Assembly: GCA_964019335.1 (NCBI GenBank)
Contig: OZ025731.1
Coordinates: 365,545-429,544, forward strand
Direction of reading: 5' to 3'
From: Diplonema japonicum
Lineage: Eukaryota > Protista > Euglenozoa: Diplonemea
Length of the DNA stretch: 64,000 nt
Shown here: positions 11,396 to 23,942 of the stretch, one piece after another
Position numbering within the stretch: the stretch's first letter is position 1
Layout: the number at the start of each line of letters is the position of its first letter
The notes under the pieces: generated by a model
Told to the model about the DNA's origin: nothing
The model's input: only the letters and a program-made list of their open reading frames with translations
Databases searched by the model: none
Translations under genes and position numbers: made by a program

Positions 11396-12889
11396 ATGCC
11401 ATCGCAAGCATGCCATAACATGGAAGTAAGCATGCCTGAGGTGGACCCAGAAAGCAAAGACGACGGGCGGAAGATGCGTGCACAGCCCGAGCGCAACAGC
11501 ACAATGAGGAGAAGCTTGTCGACCCACTACGATTTCTGGAAAGACGCTCTAATCCTCATTGACATGTCTGTACCTGAAAAGCAGCAGGACGATGGTGAAG
11601 CATTCGTGCTAGTTGAACACGCGATGGGGACACACGGCGTCACGGAGAGTAATATTTCAAACAAACGCGCATTTTTTTTAATGCTCAAATCATATATCGG
11701 GACGTCAATCTTAATCCTCCCGAGGGCGTTTCGTGACGGTGGGCTGGTACCGTCAACATTCATGCTAACGACGGCAGGCCTGCTCAGCATCCCATGCCTT
11801 GTGTTGATGGGAAAGGTTGCAGAATATGTCGGAACAAACACGTACCAGCACATTGTAACCGCGATATACGGAAGGCGGTGGGGCGATTTTGTAGCTATTC
11901 TGTTGGTTCTTTCGCAGCTGTCGTGTTGTGTTATGAATTTTGCGTTTTTGTCGCAAACTTTGCAGAAGGTTATGCTTTACACGTCTGACTGCAACGAGTG
12001 GATTGAAAACGGAGAGAATTGGCTTTTCATTCTATTCGTCGTCCCGATTTTGCTAACACCCATCGTTCTCATTAGAAAACTTCACCGTCTTGTCCTCCCC
12101 GTTTTGTTCAGCGATGTCACTATTCTTCTTGGTATTGTGGTGATGTCTGTCCATGCGTCATATCTTTTGAAAACCCGAGGTGTTGGGTTTAACATAAAAA
12201 GGTACGAAGGGGATGACATAATGGTGTCGGTCGGGACCGATATTTTCACGTTTGAAAGCGCTGTTGTGACGGTTCTCCCCATTCGATCTTTGATGCGGTG
12301 CCCTCAGGATTTTCCGAAAATACTTGCGTTGGCGATATGCGCGAGGATGGTGGTATACCTCGGTTTCGCCTCGCTTCAGTACGTAACCTACGGGGAGAAG
12401 ATCCACCCGACAGCCATTTTAAATATGCCGGATAACCCTGCGAGTATGGTGTTATGTGTACCTTATATGGTGGCCATCAGTATTATGTTTCCACAGGTAT
12501 TTCACCCAGCTACACGTGTTTTGGAGGACTGGCTCGGGATGCCCGTTGGATCTGGAAAACACGATTTTCGGGTGAAAATGAAAAAGAACGTTTTTCGCTT
12601 CGTGCTTATGTTCGCCATGGCTGGGGTTGCGATCACCGTGTCATACAGGTTGGAGGTGTTCACAGCGATTTGCGGTGGGGTTCTGTTGATCCCGCTTGTC
12701 TATATTATACCTTGTTTTGTTTACAAGGCGATGTTCGGTGATCCTTACAGGGTGCTGACGCTGGTACCATTGTTGTGCCTTGTTGCTTTGGTGAGTGTTC
12801 TGTATCAGTCCGTCAACCTTGCCAGGAACTATCCGAATGGTGAGGACGATCTGAAAAGTTATTGCCTTGATGAGGTTCCTCTTTCTTGA
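11396..12889 (+). CDS. Amino-acid transporter (AAAP/Aa_trans family)
   Basis: FLMLKSYIGTSILILPRAFRDGG motif and many hydrophobic helices. First credible ATG follows a C-tract-CAG acceptor at 11380. Confidence 0.9.
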   Translation: MPSQACHNMEVSMPEVDPESKDDGRKMRAQPERNSTMRRSLSTHYDFWKDALILIDMSVPEKQQDDGEAFVLVEHAMGTHGVTESNISNKRAFFLMLKSYIGTSILILPRAFRDGGLVPSTFMLTTAGLLSIPCLVLMGKVAEYVGTNTYQHIVTAIYGRRWGDFVAILLVLSQLSCCVMNFAFLSQTLQKVMLYTSDCNEWIENGENWLFILFVVPILLTPIVLIRKLHRLVLPVLFSDVTILLGIVVMSVHASYLLKTRGVGFNIKRYEGDDIMVSVGTDIFTFESAVVTVLPIRSLMRCPQDFPKILALAICARMVVYLGFASLQYVTYGEKIHPTAILNMPDNPASMVLCVPYMVAISIMFPQVFHPATRVLEDWLGMPVGSGKHDFRVKMKKNVFRFVLMFAMAGVAITVSYRLEVFTAICGGVLLIPLVYIIPCFVYKAMFGDPYRVLTLVPLLCLVALVSVLYQSVNLARNYPNGEDDLKSYCLDEVPLS

Positions 12890-13079
12890 GAGGGGGGGGA
12901 AGGCTACCGTGATTATTTCAGAAAAGTGAAATGAAAAAAAAAAAAAGGAAAAAAAAAAAATGAAAAAAAAAGACGCAGTAGTTGGTGATTCCCCTTTGGC
13001 GCTCGGCCCATAGTGGGATAGTTTCTTTGTTTTTTTTTTTTTTTTCAAGGGGTTCTGAATTTGGGTTAAAAGAAACGTT

Positions 13080-15363
13080 ATGGCAACATCAACACCAACA
13101 CTATCATCGACGTCCAGCGCGGTGGGAGCGACCTCCTCGAGGTTGAACCCCGGGCAACGCTGCCACATGGGGGGTGGTGGTAGCGGCGAAGGCTCCGGCC
13201 GCGGGACGGGAACGGGAAGCGAGGTGGGCAAGGCGAAGGCGGAGCTTCAGGCGAAGCTGGGAGAAGGGTTCTCGATCAGAGACTTCTCCAAGACGGAGGG
13301 GGACTGCCTCTACGAGGCGACATCAGTAGCGATCCATCAGGGCACCTCTGCTGGATCGGCCTTGAGGGAGCTGGTGGCTAGCCACCTGGCATCAACCGAC
13401 AACAGTGCACTGCTGTATGCCCCCGAGCGCTACGGGGAATATGTGCAAGCAGTGAAGGACGGAGCGTGGGGGGACATCCTGCAGCTCCTCGCGCTCAGCG
13501 TGGTGTGCCGGCGCCACCTGGCCTGCTACCAGGTGAAGGACGGGGAGCTGTTGTGCACCTCCTTCCCCTTGCGCAACGCGGTAGAGAGCCCCCATATACC
13601 TGGGGTTCGCTGCCGCCCATTACGTGGCGCTGTCGGTGCGTGAGGGCACAACGCTCCCGGCAGCAGGCACCTACAACAACCCGAAGGTGCCCATGCCCTT
13701 CCTGAGCGAGAGCGCGAAGAGGAGAGCGGCAGCAGCCCGAAAGGCTAAGGAAACGAAGGACGCCGAGGACGGTGACAACGAGGCAACGACGAAAGACGAC
13801 GCGGTGCTGGTGAGTGACGGCTGGGAGGCATTCTCCGGCGACTGGACGCCGCAGGTGGGCAGGAACAGATCGGTCCTGCTCGTCCCTGCAGGTATGGAAA
13901 AGGTGGCGTCCCTGTGGCTGATGGACGCAGACGACAAGGAAGGACCCACCTTGGTGTCCAGGGCCAAACTCCCCACGATGCCGGGAGTACTGGAGCAGGT
14001 GGTGCTGACGGCGGCAAGGGCAGGTGTGCGCAGGCTGTGGGTGACGGCGAAGGGCGGCGCACCCCTGAAGCAGGTCAAGAAGACGGTGGTAGTCCCCGCG
14101 GTCGAGAGCTGTGCTGCCGAGGTCTACTTGGTGGAGAGGACCAAGAAGGACTACCACGACGCAAGGAGGGACCTCGTTCGCAGGGCCGCGAGCAAGTGCA
14201 CGGCGCGGGTCGAGCCGAGGACGGGATCGAAGAGGGACGGCTGCGCCGAGCTGTGCATGGTAGTTGCCCGAGCGGACCTGGAGACCCTGTACCGACACAG
14301 TGGGACCGGTGGAGTCTATGTACGTCCCCCACACCAATCGACGAGCAAATTTCCCGTTCTGTGGATCGAAGGCGCCTCGGCGACTGACGCCGCTCTCCTC
14401 GCAAAGCAGGCAGACGGGCTGGGGGTGGCATGGAGCAAGGGCACGGGAGAGTACGGGATCCGCGTGAAAGCAGAACGACTGGAAGAAATGGTGGCCTTCC
14501 TCCACAACAGGACCGCGAAGAAGGTGAAGGACCGCCGTCCGGTGCCGATCAAGGGGGCCCCCTTCACGGTCAAGGGGATGGGAACGCAGGTCCCGGGGCT
14601 GGTGGTGGAGCAGAGGCTGCGCGCGATCGGGTGGGCAGCACAAGCGGTGCGCGTACTGGCGAGTGGCAGAAAAACCTGCACATGGCTGGTAGCGTCGGAG
14701 GCTGATCCACCAGGCCTCATGTTCGAGAGCGGCGACGAGCAGTGGCTGATCCGGCCGCACGGTGCGGAAGGAGACCTCCTGAAGCACTCCACGTGGGGGA
14801 GCAAGGGTGGGGCAAAGAAGCCAGCACATAAGCCTCCCCCTCCACCTGCGACCAAGAACAAGACGAGCGACTTCCCACCCCTGCGGCCCGCCGCACAACC
14901 TCGACCTGCCAAGCGTCCGACGCGGAGTGAGGGAGCCGAGCAATCGTTCCACTCGTGGTGGCAGTCCAAGGAGGCCGAGTACGCCGAAAAGGACCGCCGA
15001 CACGAGGAGACGATGGCGAAGCTTCGACTCGAGCAGGAGAGGAGGCAGGCGGACCAGCAGGCGATGGCGCAGGCACTACGAGAGGCCCTGGCAAAGATCA
15101 CTCGGATGCAGAAGGCGCAGGAGAGCACGCAAATGCGTTTGATGGACGTGGAACAACAGCTTGCCGAGTTGGCGGCGGTGGCGTTGACGAGCAGTGCTAG
15201 TCGGAAGAGGACGGCAGGAGGTGAGGAAAAGGGCGGGAAGGTCTCGAAGTCCGGCACGAGATCCACCGCTAGCACACCAACGGGACAGATGCAGGTCGAC
15301 CCACAGCACCCGGCCACCCCGCTACTGCTGCCCCAAGGGCCGGTGCAACAACAACAACAATAG
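13080..15363 (+). pseudogene. LINE ORF1: N-terminal OTU cysteine protease, central domain, coiled coil; one +1 frameshift near 13590
   Basis: EGDCLYEA (Cys), WGDILQLLAL; removing one C from the CCCCC run gives PIYLGFAAAHYVAL (His) in frame with ORF 13624-15363. Confidence 0.8.
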
Positions 15364-15384
15364 CAATTACAGCTGTCGGCAGGG

Positions 15385-18300
15385 ATGAGTGGAGGAAGCG
15401 CTAGTGGCCCGCCTCTGCTCGATGACGTGCTCCGGATCACATCGGTGAATGTCGGGTCCCTGCACAACAAGCTCCCGCAGGTCCTAGCAACGCAGGATGA
15501 GGTGATCTGCCTGCAGGAGACCAAACTCACTGAGCACGGTCAACGCCAACTGTCGCAGGCTGTTGATGAAGGCGGGTATCACCCCCGTGTGGGGTCGCGC
15601 TCAGGATGGCACGCCGGACAGGGCGGGGGTACTCAATCCAAACCTTGGGCAAAGGGGGGGCGTCGCTGTGCTGACGAAGAAAGGCAGGCCGGCCATCGTG
15701 GCTCCAGTATCGGGGATCACAGTGCAGCCGAACAGGTGGCTGCACACTATGATAAATGTGGATGGCCGCGATCTATGGGTCCACGTCATCACGGTGTACT
15801 GCAGCGCCGGCCACTACGGGAAGGCTGACAGGGAACGACTCCTACACTCGCTGCTCGTTGAACTGAGGGCTAAACTCGGGGAGGTGCCGATCCTGGTCTT
15901 AGGGGATCTGAACACGGACGTTTCCGGGTCAGCGACGCTGAAACACGCGGTGGAAAACGACTGGGTCGACGTCGGGGCGCTTCAGGCCGAGAAGGACGGA
16001 CGGGAACCGGACCACACCTTCGAACGACCCGGGACGGAGACGAAGACGCGGATAGACTTCGTCCTGGCCAACGCGGTGGCTGCCGGAGCGCTGAAACGCT
16101 TCTGGACACACAAGAGGGTGCGGACCGGGGAGCACCTGTGTCTGTCCGTTGAGCTCTTCACGCCGACGCTCAAGAAGCGGACGAAACGTTTCTTCCTCCC
16201 GAAGGAGCTACCGGTGGGAGCGGTGACGCCCGACGCTGATCTTGACTAAGGGCTTGCCGGCGACGACGCAATCCACCAAGCAGTTGACGCCAGGGACGTG
16301 GGGGGCCTCTACGCCTTGCTGAGCTGCGCTACCGAACGCTATATGCTGAGCTCAGCCGGAGTGACGGAGGTGAGGTCGTACGTAGGCAGAGGAGAGCCGC
16401 GAGAGCTGACGGAGAAGATGGTAGCAGCGAAGTCGACGGGGACGTCAGGGGGAGCTGCCGCACGAGGCCAGACGATGCACGGCAGCCTCAGGAGGAAAAT
16501 CGTGGCGCTCAGGACGGGGCTGAACGAGGCACTGCTGCGTGGTGGGCCGGGGACGCTGCCAGCGATGCTGCACGGGACGTGGCGGAACATCGTTAAGCTG
16601 GCCGAGAAGATGCACCTTGGGGTCGTGCCGGACAAGGACCTGCTACGGGGGGCTAGCCTGGAGGCTGCGCTGGTGGGACTGCGGGAGCTGGAGGCTGCGG
16701 CGGAGCAGGCTGACAGAGACACGGTGATGCGGCAACGCCTGGAGAACGAGGCAAGTTATAGGAAACGGGTGGCAGCTGATTTCCGTGACGACAGGCGGAG
16801 GATCGTAGCTTACGTTAGAGGTGACAAGGATGTTCACACATTGGCAGTCGCGAAGGAGGACGGCAGGCTGACGGTAGATCTGGGGGAGATAGACGCGCTG
16901 ATGAGGGGGGCATGGGCCTCCGTCTTCCACCTGTACCCAGACAAAAGTGACCGACCTTCCTACGCTGCTTTCAAAGAGAGGTATGGCGGGTATATCGATA
17001 AACACCCCATGGAACTGGAGCCGATCACGGGGGGCGACCTCAGGGAGGTGTTAAACAGCAGACCTGCGAGGGGCACCCCAGGCGTCGACGGCTGGAGGAT
17101 CACGGAACTGAAGGCTATACCTGACGCGCTGCTCGAGAGGTGGGCGCAGCTCTTCAACGTCGTCGAGGAGACCGGCGAGTGGCCGGAGGCGCTATTGACA
17201 GCGCTTGTCTCTCTGATCCCGAAAGGCGAGGGCAGAGCCCCGTTGGACCACCGCCCGATCACCGTCACCAGCGCCGTGTACAGGCTGTGGGCGACAACGA
17301 GGATGAGACGCATCTTGGTCTGGCAGGAGTCGTGGGCGGACGCGTCACAACATGGGTTTAGGTCGAGGAGGGGTACGGACACGCTACTGCTGGAACTGAC
17401 GACGCAGCTCGAAGAAGCTCTGCTATCGGGAACGCCGATGCACGGGCTCGCGCTAGACTTTGTCAAGTGCTTCGACCGAATCCCGCGGGAAGTGGCGCTC
17501 GGGCTAATGGGGGACCTGGGACTGCATCAGAACATACTGCGCCCTCTGGAGACGATGTACGAATCCCTCAGACGGAGGTTCAAGTACCCGACAGGGGTGG
17601 GTGACGAATTTGCTACGTCGAACGGCATCCTGCAGGGGTGCCCCATCTCGGTGGTGATGGTGAACGCGCTGGTAGGGGTGATGGTGAAGGCCATCATGGC
17701 GGAGGTGCCCGGCGCTGATTCCCTGTCATACGCGGACGACGTCTACTTGATAGCAGCTCTGCTCAGCGCCCTGGAGAAGGCGGCAGCGGGGGTGTGCGAG
17801 TTCTCTCTGCTGACAGGGATGAACCTCAACCTGAGGAAGACAGACCTGTTCACAACGGCAGAACACGGAACGGTGAAGTGCGGACGTGAGGTGCTCACGG
17901 CCAAAAAGGAGATCAACGTCCTGGGAGTCCGGGTATGTATGGACGGCGAGCACAGGGCGAAGCCCCTTGAGGCGATGGGACGCGCTTGCGGGAGACTGGC
18001 CGCCATGCCGCTGGGGTTCACACAGAAGGCGAGGATCCTCACCAGCTCCATTCTCCCCTCCTGCCTCTACGGTGTTGCCTATGCACCCCCCTCGAAAATG
18101 GATGCGGGTACAATCCGAGCGAGTGTTGCGACGTGCCTCTGGGGACCGAAGTTCAAGATGCGCTCGCCGTGTGCTGTTGCGAACGTCTTGCTGCCAGGGC
18201 ACACGACGGACCCGCTGGTGGTGACACTTTACCGACTGCTGTGCACAGTGGTGAAGGTAGGCGGGTCGGATACGGAGCTGTGGGACCGGATGGGGAGGTG

Positions 18301-19498
18301 TGCCGCCCTGTACCGGGAGTGCGATATTGAAGCCCTGGGGCCAGTGGGGACCCTGATGAGAAGATGGCTGCCGGCGATCGGGAAAGGCTGGAATTTCGTG
18401 GTGGGGCTGGGTGCCATGCCGGAACGCGAGCGCAAGCACGAGATCCGGCGGGTGACGAGGGCCATGACGGCAGCCGAGCTAGCAGACGGGAGGGACTCCT
18501 ACGACGGCATGCCGGAGGGAGCCGACCCGGACACGAACGTGTGGTGGAGGTCACTCTCGGGCAACCCAGTGGCGGCGTACCGACTGAGGAGGCTGATTGC
18601 AGGAGCGGTGTTTGCGGTATACCCGGGAGCGCGGGGCGTGGCGCAGGAACCGAACAACCCGCTGCAGCACCTCTGCGACGTGTGTGAGGAACGGTTCGGC
18701 AGCTACACGGAGGTGCTGGAGCACGCCCTCTGGCGATGCGAGCCGGGTGTCGCGGTGCGGAGCAAGATGGAGAACGCGAACCTGGACCCGGCAGCTATGC
18801 CGAAGGCGACGAGGCTCCATGGGGTGGTGCCCAGAGGCTGCCAAGACAAGCCAAGGGCCTTACTGGTGCAGAAGTACCTGCTGGAGGTAGTCACGCGGAG
18901 GGATGCAGCGGTGGAAGCGAACCGCGCACTGCAGACACAAGCTTACCCGTGGCGGGCGGTCGTGACGGGGAGGGCGCACCCGACGCCGACGGTGTCTGAA
19001 CTACGAAGGCTGGGGGCGTCAGGAACAGTGATGGACAAGCTGCTGAGGCCGGTGCTGAGGTGGTTGGGAGGCCTGCTGTGGGATGACGCGCCTGGTCGGC
19101 ACACGGCGGTGACGACGTTAGAGCTGGCCCTCGACTTCGAGAGGGAGATGGAGCTGCCGCTGGACGACGGCGGGGAAGTGGGCAAGGTGGAGGACCTGGG
19201 CGTCAAGGCAAGGAGGCTACGGTATGTGCTGAGACGAGTCCAGGACCTGTACCACGCTGATGGCAGAGGGGTAGCGTTCCCAGCGGCGCGAGTGGAGCGC
19301 GTCAACTCCCTACGCTGTATCGGAGGACCGACCACACACGGGTATGACAGGAGGCCAGTACTCCCGGAACGAACCATGAGTAGCATCGAAGGCTTGCGGG
19401 ACAGGTACCTGTCGCAGACACCGACAAGGCTGCCCCGCAGCATGACCACCGCAGTAGGAACCCGCCAGAGCCCCCAGAACGGGGACAACGGGGACTAA
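15385..19498 (+). pseudogene. LINE ORF2: APE endonuclease, RT, CCHC finger, C-terminal domain; +1 frameshift near 15585 and in-frame TAA at 16247
   Basis: SVNVGSL, CLQET, LGDLN, TRIDFVL (APE); QHGFR, LDFVKCFD, GILQGCPIS, YADD (RT); CDVC..HALWRC. Confidence 0.92.
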
Positions 19499-20559
19499 GC
19501 GCAGCGCGGCCGGTGAGCGCAAAAACGCATACCTTAAAAGAATAGTTTTTTTTTTTTTTTTTTTGTCTTTCCTTCTTTCCCACTTTCTTGGCACAGCATC
19601 CCCGATAACATGGAATTTCAAAATGTCAAGTTTTTTTTTCCTTTTTTCTGGTCGGGAAAAGGACTCTCCAACCAACTAGGACGCTAGGGTGCCGTTGAAG
19701 GGTGCTTCTCGCCTGATGAGGAGGATAGCACCTGGAGGAGTCCCAAGATATGTCCGTAGCTGAGATGCCTAGTACTGACCATCTCCCTCCCCTTCTCTAA
19801 GCCTGCGACTTTCGCGCGGAGTTTGCAAGTGACATCGCTTTTTTTTTTTTTTTTGGTGGTGGGGATAACACAGAAATATGGAAATATAAAGAAGTACATC
19901 AGATGTTGTTCGCTGTTGACCTCCACGTCGGTCATCACCGGTAGCGCCCGAGTGGAAGAACGTATTGCAGATTCTCAGGGTGACGAACAGGCAGCAAACT
20001 GCACGGGCTCAGAATCTTGGTTACCAGGGACGCCATGGCTGGGGTTGAGTTGCACACCGCACGCATTAAGGACACGACGCGGAACGCAGAAGAAGCTACA
20101 ACTACTAGGCCGAGGTGTGCCCCCTGTAATCAAGTAGACGATGCTTGTGCAGGGCACCCTGCCACATACTGCAGGCACCCTTAAATAGTCTCTTTTTTTT
20201 TTTCTTTTTTTTTTCTTTTTTTTTTTTTCATGTTTCCTCTCAACCTTTTTTTTTCTTCCCCCCATATTGGCTTTTAAAAAAAAAAAAAGAACCAAAACAG
20301 AAGCTTTTGGGAAGTAATATTCCATGGACCTAGCCTGGCAAATTCCCAAAAAGAAAAAAAAAAGAAAAAAAGAAGAAAACCAAAATAAAAAGCTTTTTGG
20401 ACAGTTGCGTTAGTTGCAGCTTATTTTTTTTTTTTTTTTTTTTTTATATATCGATTTGAAATAAAATAATCGATTTTCGAAAAAAGCCCCCCGTTCCCAA
20501 AAGAAAATAAGAAAAGTTCGAGTTTTCTTCTTTTTTTTTTTTTTTCTTTTTTCTTTCTA

Positions 20560-21603
20560 CACCCACCCAAAGGCGTGGTACCAGGACAAAATCACCAGAC
20601 GGGTACCACCCCCAGAGGGCGAGCAGAGCGAAAGCGAGGACAGCTCGGAAGAGGAAGGGGACGAGACACACGAGCGTGTGAACAAGAGACCAACAACAGA
20701 CGAAGTCACATGCGACGCGTGCGGTGCGGAGGAGGACGAGAGCAACATGCTGCGACACGCATTATGGGAATGCAGTGTGGCGAAGGAGGTGCAACAGAAG
20801 GAAGTACATGCAGAAGTAGTGGCCAGCAAGACGGAAATGCCAATCTGCATGCAGCTACATGGAACGCTCCCGCGTGATCACCGAACACACCAACACCGGC
20901 TGAGGAAGACGCAATACTACCTGCTGGAAGTGGTGGCAAAACGGGACCAGCTTCTCCAGGACAAGAGAAAGCTAGAAACGTACACGACGCACCCCTGGGA
21001 ACAGATAACGGAAGGAAACGCTCATGCGCCACCTGAATGGAAGGAGCTGAGGAAGCATGTGAGCGGGAGCCTGATGATGAAGCACGGTGAAGACATCGTC
21101 AAGTGGCTCAAAAAGCTGAAGTGGTACGATGGACCGAGGAAGACGACAGTCACCACAATGGAACTCGTACTAGACTTCGAGAACACGCTGGGCGTCGAGC
21201 CGATCACGGGGAAGAAGGGTGATCTAGACATGATACAGAAGAAAGCGCGGAGTTTCCACGGCCTCCTGGAAAGAATCCAAGAGGGGTGGGACACAGCACG
21301 CATACAGAAGAAGGTCAGAGGCAAGCGGATCTTCCCAGCGGAGAGCCAGAAGAACCACGCGCTTAGAACCATAGGTGCGAAGAAGAGTCTGGGATGGAAC
21401 AGAAGGCCAGTTTTTGCATCAGAGAAAACCAAGAAGGACCTTAAGAAACTGGGCAGAAAGTGGCAAGAAGAAAGGGAGGATACTTTGAGGAAGGCAACAC
21501 AGCCAAAAAAGAAAGAAAGGCCGAGGCCCCAGAAGGGAGAAAGGGGTAGATAAGTAGAGACAAGGGGGACGTTCCAAAACAGGAACCTCCTTTATCTCAT
21601 CTC
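20560..21603 (+). mobile_element. 5'-truncated LINE (CCHC finger plus C-terminal domain only), divergent family
   Basis: CDAC..HALWEC, HPW, WLKKLKW, TTMELVLDFE, FPAE, GWNRRP align with the ORF2 C-terminus; flanked by T tracts. Confidence 0.85.
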
Positions 21604-21668
21604 TTTTTTTTTTTTTTTTTTGCACTTAACAAAGCTGTTCAGCTTCTTGTAAAATCAAAAAAAAAAAA

Positions 21669-21840
21669 AGCTATTTACTACCGACAAGTAATGACTTTAC
21701 CGTTACCTGGAGGTTCCGCTTTAAAAAAAAAAGTAAAGTCATTCCTTGGCGATAGGTAAGTGGTTTCATTTCACGACTCTCTGAGATAATAACTACGACG
21801 GGGCAAAAGAGGTAAATATAAATTCACCGGAGAGTGAAAA
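21669..21840 (-). mobile_element. Minimal non-autonomous Crypton-like element, copy 3
   Basis: AGCTATTTACTACCGACAAGTAATGACTTTACCGTTACC terminus and GAGAGTGAAA end, as in copies 1 and 2. Confidence 0.6.
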
Positions 21841-21932
21841 ATGTCCGTACCCGACTCTTATGTTTCTTATTTTTTTTTCCCCTTTAAGTGTATCGCACAA
21901 ACAAACACAAGGAGGGAAAAAAGAGGGAAAAA

Positions 21933-22316
21933 ATGACCAGCGTAAAGAAGAATATTGCACCTATAGTGCACCCCAGCGAAGCAGGTGTGACTTGTGACGT
22001 TCCTGAGGACCTAATGTCCCCCGCAATGGGCGTCCCAAGGATGACCTCAGTGACAAATGCCGCAGCGCCAAAGAAGGAAGAAGACAACATGCTGTCCCCA
22101 ATGTCCCCGGCCCCTGGGGTAAAGCGGATGGTCTCAGTCACTGCTGCTGTTGCCCCCGCACCCGAACAGGTACTAGGGGAGGGGGGGAGAAAAAAAAAAA
22201 AAAAAAAGGCAAACTCACCTGAACCCGGCCTCCCCAGGATGGCATCGGTAACCGCCGCAGCTGCCCCAACATCTCCGGACACCACTCTTGGTAAGCCACA
22301 ACTCGAGGTGAAATGA
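21933..22316 (+). CDS. Small hypothetical protein with three SPxxGxxRMxSVT repeats; intron 22170-22208
   Basis: Repeats MSPAMGVPRMTSVT / MSPAPGVKRMVSVT / NSPEPGLPRMASVT. A 39-nt GT..AG intron removes VLGEGGRKKKKKK. Confidence 0.7.
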   Translation: MTSVKKNIAPIVHPSEAGVTCDVPEDLMSPAMGVPRMTSVTNAAAPKKEEDNMLSPMSPAPGVKRMVSVTAAVAPAPEQVLGEGGRKKKKKKANSPEPGLPRMASVTAAAAPTSPDTTLGKPQLEVK

Positions 22317-22389
22317 GGAAGAAAACGAGAAAAAAAAAAAAGAAAAAAGACAGATTTTTTTTTTTCTTCAGAGTGATTGATGGTTCTCA

Positions 22390-22439
<50 letters not shown>

Positions 22440-23257
22440 GTTTCCTTCATCTTTTTTTAACACTGATGGCAAAACAAAAGGCAATATGTAGTCGGTACAG
22501 CCCCACCCACCCCCCATTGTAAGGAAAGCTTCTGTTCCCCCCGATAAGCCGTTTTGTGCAACAAGTTACAGAGAAGGAAGAAGAGAAAATTGTTGTCCCC
22601 CCCCCCCCCCCCCCCCTCTTTCCTTTTTTGTTTCTTCTTTTAGATCCCTCATTCTTCTTTTTCCTTTTGTCTGTCAATCTTTTGAATAGTTTTTTATATG
22701 AAATAGAAGAAAAGAAAAAGGGTGGGAAAGAGTGTAAGAAGGGAGGGGGAGACACCCCCACCCCACCCCACCCTTTTTTCCTGTGCTTTTTGTGAATAGT
22801 ACATTCAGAAAGAAAGAGGGGGGGGGGGGGGGGCATTTTAACGGCCTGCAAAAAAAAGGAGGAGAAGAAATACTGGAAATGTAAGGGTCGCTGTGTATTT
22901 ATATCTGTATGGCTTGCCTTTAGGTTTTCCTGTCTGTCACCACCTGCCACCACGATGCCTTTTCTTCAGTTTCTTTTTTTTTTTTTTTTTTTTCCCCTTT
23001 CTTTTTTTAAGTTTTCTTGTATCTCTTTCACCGTCTCATGACACACGTCCTGCCAAGAAGAAAAAAGGGGGGGGGAGGGGGTGTAAGCATTTTGGTAATG
23101 AAAGGGGGGCAGGAAATTAGAAAAAAAAAGAATGTGTTTTCCTCCTTTTTATTTCTTCTTCTTCCGATTAAACAAAATATTTCTTTCTTTTTTTTTCTTT
23201 TTTTTTTATATAAAGTAGGTACCGGGATTGCGTTTATTACGTAATATGAATTGGGCT

Positions 23258-23297
<40 letters not shown>

Positions 23298-23909
23298 GTT
23301 TTGGAACCCAACTTTTCACAGTTCGCAACATTCGGTATTTTCAAAAAGAAAAAAAAAAAAAAAAAAAAAAGAAGAGGGAAAGAATTTAGCTGGGGGTTTT
23401 AGTACAGGTACAGAATGGGATTGAAGAAAAGAACCCGCATCTCCCCACCCCCTTTTTTTTTCCCCATCCCCCCCACTCTGGAAATCCATTCATTTATTTT
23501 GTTCTTCTCCCTCTCCCTCTCCCTCTCAGCCCCCCCCCCCTCCCTGCCCCTACCACGATATCACTGTAATTTTCAATAAGAAAAGAAGGGAAGAGAGGCA
23601 GGAAAGAGAAGGAGAAATGGATGTTAATTGTGTTTTTTTTTTTCGGTCTGCTGAGTGTATCTCCCGTGAATTCTTTTGTAAGTAACATAAAGGGGGGATG
23701 TAAAAGAGAAAGACTTTTTAAAAAAAAGAAAGAAGGGGGGGGGGGGGGTGAGGGAATAACCTTTTGAGGGGAGGGAAAACTCGCCTCTCGTAATTAAAAA
23801 AATAACTTTGGGGGGGGGGGAATAAAACTTTTGTTTATTCATTGACAAAGGCGACAGAAATTCGTGTGCGGAAAATTGACAGAATTTTTTCTAATTCCTC
23901 TAGTGGAGC

Positions 23910-23942
<33 letters not shown>

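Larger units (their letters stand above)
13046..19545 (+). mobile_element. Near full-length APE-type non-LTR retrotransposon (LINE) with OTU-containing ORF1
   Basis: 6.5-kb GC-rich block with two ORFs; flanked on both sides by ATAG plus a T tract (13018-13045, 19542-19564). Confidence 0.93.

Noticed and set aside
13495-19488. Long antisense and alternate-frame ORFs over the LINE (likewise over the CRE element)
   Set aside because: Shadows of GC-rich coding sequence; no motifs.
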